Assembly: GCA_029777225.1 (NCBI GenBank)
Contig: JAKOSR010000090.1
Span: 637 to 64,636, forward strand
DNA length: 64,000 bases
Direction: 5' to 3'
Origin: Chloroflexota bacterium
Lineage (GTDB): Bacteria > Chloroflexota > Anaerolineae > Anaerolineales > Anaerolineaceae
A program made the translations under genes and the position numbers. Under the pieces are notes generated by a model. The model had not been told where the DNA came from. It ran no database searches and saw only the letters and a list, made by a program, of their open reading frames with translations. Shown here one piece after another: positions 57,311 through 64,000 of the stretch (position 1 is the stretch's first letter; every line of letters starts with the position of its first letter).

Positions 57311-57874
57311 ATGATTACCATCAAACCGCTACAAACGGACCAGGCACAACTCTTCACGGAATATTTTGACGGATTGGACTTCAGCCATGCTGAGCATTGG
57401 GCGGGCTGTTTCTGCCAGTATTACCTTTCTGGCTGCACGCCGGAAGAATGGGAGCAGCGAAGCGCGAGCCAGAACCGGGAGTTGGCGCTACTCAATATCC
57501 GTTCCGGACGAATGACGGGCTACCTGGCTTTTGAAGGCCAGGAGGTTGTGGGGTGGTGCCGTACCATCGATATGCTGGACGCTCCGAACATCGCGAATCT
57601 TCCCGAGCTACCCACGGCGCGTGGAGAAGCCGGGGCCGTGGTCTGCTTCGTGGTTCATCCGCGCACGCGCGGGCAAGGCCTGGCGGGCCAGCTACTCGGG
57701 GTGGCCGTGGAAGGCTTTAGGCAGGACGGTTACCAAAAAGTTTATGGGTTCCCGTTTGAATCCAAAGAACATCCCCAGCGCCAGTACCTTGGCACCGCCG
57801 GTATGTTTGAAAGGCTTGGCTTCAGCCGGCAGTCAGCCAGCGAAAACCAGGCGGTGTATTGCCTGGAATTCTGA
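57311..57874 (+). CDS. GNAT-family N-acetyltransferase
   Basis: The acetyl-CoA binding block VHPRTRGQGLAGQLL within a GNAT-length protein. Confidence 0.75.
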   Translation: MITIKPLQTDQAQLFTEYFDGLDFSHAEHWAGCFCQYYLSGCTPEEWEQRSASQNRELALLNIRSGRMTGYLAFEGQEVVGWCRTIDMLDAPNIANLPELPTARGEAGAVVCFVVHPRTRGQGLAGQLLGVAVEGFRQDGYQKVYGFPFESKEHPQRQYLGTAGMFERLGFSRQSASENQAVYCLEF

Positions 57875-58087
57875 GCAGGAAAGGCCCACGCGCGGTTGAG
57901 AGCACCGAACGTAAGGGGGTGTTTACCTTGACCAAACGCCTGTTATGCGATAAGTTTAAGCCAGTACATTTGAGGTAGATGCATGTTTTTGAAACAGCAT
58001 TCCGAATTTTTTTCCCCCGATTTTGGCGGGCACAGTTCACCTTGTGCCCGTTCACTGTTTTCAGTCTGACCATTCAAAGGAGAGATC

Positions 58088-59374
58088 ATGTCAGGACCAA
58101 CCAACGCTTTTGAAATAGCCCAACAACAATTTGATAGGGTTGCCGATCAGTTGGAGCTGGATGACCAGGTGCGCGAACAGCTGCGCTGGCCAGCCCGCGA
58201 ATTCCACTTCCGCATCCCGGTGCGCATGGATAACGGCGTCATCCGTGTGTTTGAGGCCTTCCGCGTGCAGCATAACGACGCGCGCGGCCCCAACAAAGGT
58301 GGTTTGCGCTTCCATCCAGCCGAGACTGTGGATACCGTGCGCGCCCTGGCCATGTGGATGACCTGGAAATGCGCAGTCGCCAATATCCCGCTTGGCGGCG
58401 GTAAAGGCGGCGTCATCGTCGATCCTTCCACCCTGTCGGACGGAGAAAAGGAAAGGTTGGTGCGAGGTTTCATGCGTGTGATGTGGCGGAATGTCGGTCC
58501 CCGACAGGATGTTCCCGCCCCGGACGTTGGCACCACGCCCCAGATGATGGGCTGGATGATGGACGAGTATTCACGCATCACCGGCCAGTACACCCCCGGT
58601 GTGATTACCGGAAAGCCCCTGGGCGGCGGCGGTTCTGAAGGCCGCACTGAAGCCACTGGCTTTGGCGTCATCTACACGGTGCGGGAGGCCATGAAGCACC
58701 TCGGCATCGATCCGAAGACCACCACGGCTTCCCTGCAGGGCTTTGGCAATGTTTCACAATACGCCGCGCTTGGTTTCATCGAGCACCTTGGCGGAAAAGT
58801 GCTGTGTGTTTCCTGCTGGGATCGCAACGACCGCACCTCCTACACCTTCAGCAAGGAAGATGGGATTGATCCCCGGTTCCTGATGAGCATCACCGACCAA
58901 TATGGCACCATTGACAAGGAAAAGGCCAAGGCGGCCGGCTACCAAATCGAAGATGGTGGGGCCTGGATAACAAAGGATGTGGATGTGCTCATCCCAGCGG
59001 CGCTCGAAGGCCAGGTAACCGGCGAGAGTGTCAAACTCATCAGTCCCAAGGTCAGGATTTTGGCGGAAGCGGCCAATGGCCCAACCACCCCGGACGCGGA
59101 TGAGATTTTGAAACAACGCGGCATTTTCGTCATCCCCGACTTTTTGTGCAACTCCGGCGGTGTGACGGTTTCGTACTTTGAGGGTGTCCAAAACGACCAA
59201 AACTTCTACTGGTCCCGCGAGGAAGTGCTCAAGAAGCTTGACGAAAACATGACCACCGCTTTTGGAAGCGTGCTGGACATGTCGTTGAAGAAATCCGTCT
59301 ACATGCGCGACGCGGCCTATATGGTCGCAATTGATAAAGTCGTGCGGGCAATGAAGCTGCGCGGCTGGATATAA
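58088..59374 (+). CDS. gdhA: Glutamate dehydrogenase (Glu/Leu/Phe/Val dehydrogenase family)
   Basis: GPNKGGLRFHP, PLGGGKGG and the Rossmann segment LQGFGNVSQ. AAAGGAGAG RBS. Confidence 0.9.
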   Translation: MSGPTNAFEIAQQQFDRVADQLELDDQVREQLRWPAREFHFRIPVRMDNGVIRVFEAFRVQHNDARGPNKGGLRFHPAETVDTVRALAMWMTWKCAVANIPLGGGKGGVIVDPSTLSDGEKERLVRGFMRVMWRNVGPRQDVPAPDVGTTPQMMGWMMDEYSRITGQYTPGVITGKPLGGGGSEGRTEATGFGVIYTVREAMKHLGIDPKTTTASLQGFGNVSQYAALGFIEHLGGKVLCVSCWDRNDRTSYTFSKEDGIDPRFLMSITDQYGTIDKEKAKAAGYQIEDGGAWITKDVDVLIPAALEGQVTGESVKLISPKVRILAEAANGPTTPDADEILKQRGIFVIPDFLCNSGGVTVSYFEGVQNDQNFYWSREEVLKKLDENMTTAFGSVLDMSLKKSVYMRDAAYMVAIDKVVRAMKLRGWI

Positions 59375-59390
59375 CTTAGCATGAACGCCG

Positions 59391-59426
59391 AAGACCGCCT
59401 GTACGATTACAGGCGGTCTTTTTTTA
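59391..59426 (+). terminator. Intrinsic terminator after gdh
   Basis: AAGACCGCCTGT-ACGATT-ACAGGCGGTCTT followed by TTTTT. Confidence 0.85.
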
Positions 59427-59464
59427 GAGGATTCATTTTGCTACCTGGGGTGCGTTGCTGGAAC

Positions 59465-60085
59465 TTAAACGTGCTCCAGCGCCTCCACGATGATATCCGC
59501 GACTGAACAGGGGGAGAGGCGGTCCGTGTTGAGGATGAGGTCGTACCAGTTGGGGTCATTCAGGTCGGCCATGAAGACGTTTTGAATGAAATCCACGTGG
59601 GCTTTATCACGTTCGCGAACCAATTTCCGGGCTTCCTCCACCGATATGTTTTGCCTGGATTGCCAGACCTTTATGCGCCTGCTTTCAGGCGCGATGATGC
59701 GGACATGCAGGGTGCCCGGCTTGCCGGCCAGGACAATCTGGGCTCCCCGCCCAACGATAATGATATTGCCGAGTTCGTAAGCGGACAGGATGATTTTACG
59801 CAGAGCCATTTCGTTGGTTAGCGCAGGGTCTGCGCCACGCGGGCCATAGCCCTGGCCAAACATGATGGGGGACTGGAAGTTTTGCAGGGCTTTCTCCATA
59901 AAGCTTCTGACCGGGAATTGCTCCTCTTCCAATCCTTCAAAGGCGGCAGGATCCCAGCCTTTGGTCCTGGCCATATCATCAATCAGGTACTTATCCAAGA
60001 GTTTGTATTCCAGGCGGACAGATAACAGGCGGGCAATCTCGTTGCCCTCGCTACCTGATTGTCTTGAAAGCGTGATGACAGCCAT
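59465..60085 (-). CDS. Cytidylate-kinase-like family protein (P-loop)
   Basis: MAVITLSRQSGSEG is a P-loop variant. The ATG at 60085 follows AAGGAG; the track start at 60103 is a TTG. Confidence 0.7.
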   Translation of the reverse strand: MAVITLSRQSGSEGNEIARLLSVRLEYKLLDKYLIDDMARTKGWDPAAFEGLEEEQFPVRSFMEKALQNFQSPIMFGQGYGPRGADPALTNEMALRKIILSAYELGNIIIVGRGAQIVLAGKPGTLHVRIIAPESRRIKVWQSRQNISVEEARKLVRERDKAHVDFIQNVFMADLNDPNWYDLILNTDRLSPCSVADIIVEALEHV

Positions 60086-60244
60086 ACCACTCCTTTCGTT
60101 CAATTGCTCTCTTCAATTGTGTTTACGGGATTAGGCCGATGGAACCCAAGCTGTTCCTAATTGCAGTATACAACTTTGTGGAGGTGATTCAAGCAGGAAG
60201 TTGTGGCTGTGATGAAGAGAAATGAAATCAGGTAAAATAGGCGG

Positions 60245-60625
60245 ATGCAAAAAAACCTGACCCCCAACATGACGCGCAGAGTGGCGCGTGAAAAAGACAC
60301 CGTCAGCAAGATGATTACGCTGTATTGTCATGCGAGGCATGGTTCCGACGGCGCGCTGTGCACGGATTGCGCCGCTTTACGCGACTACGCACTCGACCGG
60401 ATTGACCGCTGCATGTTCCAGCCCGATAAGCCGGCGTGCGGGCGCTGCCCGGTGCACTGTTACCAACCTGAAATGCGCGCGCGTATCCGCGAGGTCATGC
60501 GTTACGCCGGCCCACGCATGCTCTTCCGCCACCCGATCGCAGCCGCTCATCATTTGGCGCATACCATAAGCAAACCAAGCGAGAAAGTCCGTCGGGTCGC
60601 GGATATCAGGCTTTCCCGCGAATAA
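60245..60625 (+). CDS. Nitrous-oxide-stimulated-promoter (YgbA-like) family Cys-rich protein
   Basis: ITLYCHARHG...LCTDCAAL...DRCMF...KPACGRCPVHCY...MRYAGPRM matches my recollection of the YgbA_NO family. Confidence 0.7.
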   Translation: MQKNLTPNMTRRVAREKDTVSKMITLYCHARHGSDGALCTDCAALRDYALDRIDRCMFQPDKPACGRCPVHCYQPEMRARIREVMRYAGPRMLFRHPIAAAHHLAHTISKPSEKVRRVADIRLSRE

Positions 60626-60707
60626 TACTTTCCACCCTTTTTTCTTTTTTACCAATAAATCCTGCCTATGGCAGAGAGGCGTTTTTCAGGGGCTCTCTCC
60701 AATTTAC

Positions 60708-60736
60708 TTGCCAATTATGTAAAAAAGTTCTATAGT
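60708..60736 (+). promoter_or_regulatory. Sigma70-like promoter for the 807-aa orphan gene
   Basis: The -35 is TTGCCA (60708-60713), the spacer is 17 nt, and the -10 is TATAGT (60731-60736). It lies in the AT-rich intergenic island at 60626-60858. Confidence 0.45.
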
Positions 60737-60879
60737 ATTAATAGTAACTTTCGCCTGTCCTCTCGTGTCTCTGACACCCAAACAAAACAAAATCCATCGA
60801 TACCAAACGCGGACACCTTTCCAGGTGTTCTGCCAACCAACCATGAAGCTGTTCACATATGAAGCAAAGGAGTATCAAA

Positions 60880-63303
60880 ATGACGACTCTGGAATTCCCT
60901 ATTGAATTTGATAAAAAGCCGGAGCAGGAACTGGACCTGATGGTTTGCGTCTTTGACTCCGGTGGCAAATTGTTAAAATCCACCAAGGTTAAAAAGGGCA
61001 AAGCCAGCCTGCCCGCGGAAATTTTGCAGGAAAAGGACATCAAAGTCTTTGTTTCACCAGCCCTCCCCGGGCCAAAGAAGCCGACTTTGGAAGGCTTGTT
61101 GGCTGCTGGCGCGCTCGAGCCAGGCTTTGAACTGGATCCCGCGAAAACCAAGTTTAGATTACGACCCATTCCGATTGACAAGATAAAGTTATGGCTGATG
61201 TGTCCCTGCCTGGTCAAAGGGAGAGTGGCACGGCCGATCATCGTCAATGGCCATGTGGTCTACAAGAATGTCTATGGAGCCAAGGTCCATATCTGCGAGG
61301 TCGATAAGCTTTTCCTACTTATTCCGCGTTTACCCAAGGATGTGCTCTTCCGCTTCCGCGATGAGCTCATCAAGGATTGGAAAAGGTACCGGACCCTGCC
61401 AGATCCACCGATTGTTGTGAAATTTCCCTGGCCACCACCGCCTCCCGACCCCTACCGCCTCTTCCCGGTACGGTATCCCGATAAAGAAATCGAGGGAGAA
61501 CGGGTGACGCCAATCAACTTACCGGCGGTTCAGGAAAGCGCTTATCGCTTCAACCTGGCGCCCAATACGGCGGTTTCACATACCAACTGGTTGAATCCAC
61601 AGCCCGAACCGCCAATGCCGGAGTACATTACTCCCCGCTTGCTGCCCATGGCCGAAACAGCCAAACCGACGCTCAAAACCATGTCCGCTCGCAAGCTTAA
61701 GGAGCAACCCCTGCTGATTGACACCATCCCAGCCGAAGTTTCGAAGCAACTTAATTCGAATTCAGTGACCGAAATAAGCGCGGCATTGGTCAAACTCCGC
61801 CCGATGATCCTGCCATACATCTGTCTGTGGCCCTGGTTGCACCCCTACATTTGCCTGTGGGATGAAATTGCCACCGTCATGACCGATTGCGATGGCTTCC
61901 ATACCACCATCTGGTACCGCTGCGCGGGGGACAAGCCGGATCTGTACTTCTGGGTGGAATACCCCATCGCGGGTGTCTGGACGACCGTGTACAATCCCAA
62001 ACCTATCTGCTGCTACGTTCATTGGGATTACGAATGTGGCAAAGAAGTGCTGCTGCCGGTGACGGATACACGCGTACCGTGGTGCTATCCAAATCCAGAT
62101 CTCACTGACTATAAGGTCCTGGTCAAGACCATCGGCAATGGGCTGAGCATGAGCGAGATCCAGAAAACCCCGGGACCGAAAAAGGGAAAGACCACCGCGG
62201 GCGAACCCCTGGCTGGTTCTCTTGAGCTGCGCCTGGATATGAGCCGCAGCAACCTGATCAGCCTGGGTGTAACGCAGTACCGTGTGTCGTACACCCGCAA
62301 GACCCAGGGCAATGGCACCACCGCGGTCGCGGATACCTGGCATACCATGTTGCGCGAGGTCTATCGACCGTATGAGGTCAAGGTTCCTATCCCTGGAATG
62401 CCTCCGCACTTCCTAACACAATATAAATACGAAAAAACGGGACCGTTCGGCGCTGATTCGCTGTTCAAGATTCAGCCGAACGCTCCGACTGTTGGCGTCT
62501 GGTACAACTCGGTGATGAATGAGCATATTGACCTTGCCTGGGCGTATTTTGAGACCGCCAGCCTTAAAGAAAGCGATGGCGTCACGCCGGCGGTTGGGCA
62601 GTATGACATCAAGCTGGAGCTGTTCGACAGCAGTGGTAACCTGGTGAAATGGAACAATCCAACCGGAACCGGACAAAGTATTGACGCCTTTATCACCAAC
62701 AACCCCGCGCCATTCGTTCCGCCGACAGGCATGACTGAGATACCTGCACCGGCCGCTAACCTGATCAAGGATGGGTCGGGTAACACGATCGGGTTCATCC
62801 TGACCCTGTTCGTGGATAACACCCCCTGCGAAGCGGTGATCGACGATCCCTACCTGCTTGAGAATCCTGCCGTGTTGTCCGGTCCATGTGGTTTCCTGTT
62901 CTTCAATTCAAGCGCCACTTCGACAGCCCATTTGCGCTTCCTGGCCAGGCAGGCTTTCGATCACGCCGTGTTCACGTTCTGGACGGTGAAAGGCAGCTCG
63001 GGGTACATACCGGCAGCCACACTCGGATGGAATTTCTTGACCTCCACTTATCAGTCCCTGCCTGTGCACGACCTGACACCTGGGGCCTACCCGGTGAATG
63101 GATTTAATCGTTCCGTCGATAGCCACTTCAGCAAGGATCTGCTGGTGACAGCTCTGCTGAATGCCAATGGCACAATTTGTCCACAGGCCGCCTTCGCGAC
63201 CACCCTGGGAGTCTATTCAACTGCCTACGACGGCTACACCCAGGCTTATTGGCTAAACGCCTGGGCGGTACCAAAGGCTTTCGCGTTGGCTCCCAAACCC
63301 TGA
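60880..63303 (+). CDS. Large hypothetical protein (807 aa), Cys/Trp/Pro-rich, with no recognisable catalytic domain
   Basis: The ATG at 60880 has AAGGAG 7 nt upstream; the track start at 60859 is less likely. It has no signal peptide or TM. One segment resembles a carboxypeptidase-regulatory-like beta sandwich (CLVKGRVARPIIVNGHVVYKNVYGAKVHICEVD). It also has a poly-Pro tract (FPWPPPPPDPY) and a Cys/Trp-rich core. Confidence 0.8.
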   Translation: MTTLEFPIEFDKKPEQELDLMVCVFDSGGKLLKSTKVKKGKASLPAEILQEKDIKVFVSPALPGPKKPTLEGLLAAGALEPGFELDPAKTKFRLRPIPIDKIKLWLMCPCLVKGRVARPIIVNGHVVYKNVYGAKVHICEVDKLFLLIPRLPKDVLFRFRDELIKDWKRYRTLPDPPIVVKFPWPPPPPDPYRLFPVRYPDKEIEGERVTPINLPAVQESAYRFNLAPNTAVSHTNWLNPQPEPPMPEYITPRLLPMAETAKPTLKTMSARKLKEQPLLIDTIPAEVSKQLNSNSVTEISAALVKLRPMILPYICLWPWLHPYICLWDEIATVMTDCDGFHTTIWYRCAGDKPDLYFWVEYPIAGVWTTVYNPKPICCYVHWDYECGKEVLLPVTDTRVPWCYPNPDLTDYKVLVKTIGNGLSMSEIQKTPGPKKGKTTAGEPLAGSLELRLDMSRSNLISLGVTQYRVSYTRKTQGNGTTAVADTWHTMLREVYRPYEVKVPIPGMPPHFLTQYKYEKTGPFGADSLFKIQPNAPTVGVWYNSVMNEHIDLAWAYFETASLKESDGVTPAVGQYDIKLELFDSSGNLVKWNNPTGTGQSIDAFITNNPAPFVPPTGMTEIPAPAANLIKDGSGNTIGFILTLFVDNTPCEAVIDDPYLLENPAVLSGPCGFLFFNSSATSTAHLRFLARQAFDHAVFTFWTVKGSSGYIPAATLGWNFLTSTYQSLPVHDLTPGAYPVNGFNRSVDSHFSKDLLVTALLNANGTICPQAAFATTLGVYSTAYDGYTQAYWLNAWAVPKAFALAPKP

Positions 63304-63345
63304 TGATGTGACATGAGAAAACCCGCTTAAGTTTACTTACGTTGT

Positions 63346-63379
63346 GAGGCTGCTGAAATCCAGCAGCCTCCGCTTTTTT
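63346..63379 (+). terminator. Intrinsic terminator after the 807-aa orphan
   Basis: GAGGCTGCTG-AAATC-CAGCAGCCTC followed by CGCTTTTTT. Confidence 0.85.
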
Positions 63380-63454
63380 ATGGGTCTTGTCCAAACTCAG
63401 CGTTGCGGGAACAACAGTCAAAACGATAACATTACTAAAAAAAAGGAGAGACAG

Positions 63455-63883
63455 ATGGCAGATCGAGAAGCGACAGCGGTGTGGGAGGGTGCCGTTCCCG
63501 GTGGGAAAGGCGTGATGAAATTCGCGGATTATGCGGGGCAATTCAGTTACAGCTCGCGATTTGAAGAAGGCGTGGGCACCAACCCGGAGGAGCTGTTGGG
63601 AGGCGCGCTGGCTGGTTGCTTCGCCATGGCCGTGAGCAGTGGTCTGACGAAGGCTGGCTACACCCCTAAATTGGTACAAGTGACGGCAAAGGTGGCTCTC
63701 CGGCGTATAGAGGGAAAGGCCCGCATCCCTTCCATCCACCTGGTTTTGGTAGCGGATGTGCCCGACGTCTCCGCGGAGGACTTCCAACGGATTGCGGCTG
63801 AACGCAAGGCGGATTGCCCGGTGTCGTTCGCGCTGGCTGGTGTAGAGATTACGCTCGAGGCGACTTTGAACCCCGCAAACTGA
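63455..63883 (+). CDS. osmC: OsmC-family peroxiredoxin-like protein
   Basis: MADREATAVWEG, GTNPEELLGGALAGCFAMA and ADCPVS (the two conserved Cys). AAAGGAGAG RBS. The track start at 63344 runs through the upstream terminator. Confidence 0.85.
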   Translation: MADREATAVWEGAVPGGKGVMKFADYAGQFSYSSRFEEGVGTNPEELLGGALAGCFAMAVSSGLTKAGYTPKLVQVTAKVALRRIEGKARIPSIHLVLVADVPDVSAEDFQRIAAERKADCPVSFALAGVEITLEATLNPAN

Positions 63884-63905
63884 CCGTTAACCCAAGTATG
63901 CATAT

Positions 63906-63936
63906 CGGCCGGCATTGATTGCCGGCCGTTTTTTTT
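63906..63936 (+). terminator. Intrinsic terminator after osmC
   Basis: CGGCCGGCA-TTGAT-TGCCGGCCG followed by TTTTTTTT. Confidence 0.85.
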
Positions 63937-64000
63937 ACCACAATTGGGAAGTTGTTTGCGCTGGGAGGTTAATCCCTTTCGCCCGTTTCCACGTAATGGG

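Noticed and set aside
57875-58087. Hairpin GGGCACA-N8-TGTGCCC in the 210-nt region upstream of gdh as a regulatory element
   Set aside because: It is a single 7-bp hairpin with no U-tract and no resemblance to a known riboswitch. The evidence is insufficient.
63940-64000. Possible 3' end of a minus-strand gene entering from the right edge
   Set aside because: Two reverse frames are open for about 10-20 codons (ending near 63971 or 63937). The stretch is too short to call a frame or a product.

Overview
The window is a gene-dense, GC-rich chromosomal segment with short AT-rich intergenic islands. Gene content (heliorhodopsin, tandem FemAB genes, many Pro/Thr-linker lipoproteins) suggests a Chloroflexota, Anaerolineae-like genome; this is inference only. 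I can support about 58 CDS, one tRNA-Glu(CUC), one SAM-I riboswitch upstream of metK, about 16 intrinsic-terminator hairpins, two sigma70-like promoters and one in-frame 18-bp tandem repeat. I saw no rRNA, CRISPR array, transposase, integrase or prophage signature. Most genes are housekeeping: recJ, psuG, greA, lysS, metK, frr-uppS-cdsA, pgm, tmk, galE, holB, pcrA and gdh. Many long ORFs in the supplied track are antisense shadows of these genes, and one real gene (1-2150, minus strand) is missing from the track because it runs off the edge. Four things deserve a second look. (1) A heliorhodopsin lies directly beside a soluble multi-PAS histidine kinase, an OmpR-type regulator and an orphan receiver. 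(2) A redoxin/AhpC-TSA gene has an in-frame TGA exactly at the catalytic Cys position (T-U-G-H-C), making it a candidate selenoprotein that the ORF track truncates. (3) An uncharacterised module at 12.06-14.55 kb has its own promoter and a leader of about 290 nt. It encodes a minimal protein with a caspase/legumain-like His...Cys dyad, a 288-aa partner and a small Cys/His protein. (4) A monocistronic 807-aa orphan, rich in Cys, Trp and Pro, has its own promoter and terminator and sits between stress genes. All functional calls rest on motif recognition by eye and no database search was run.
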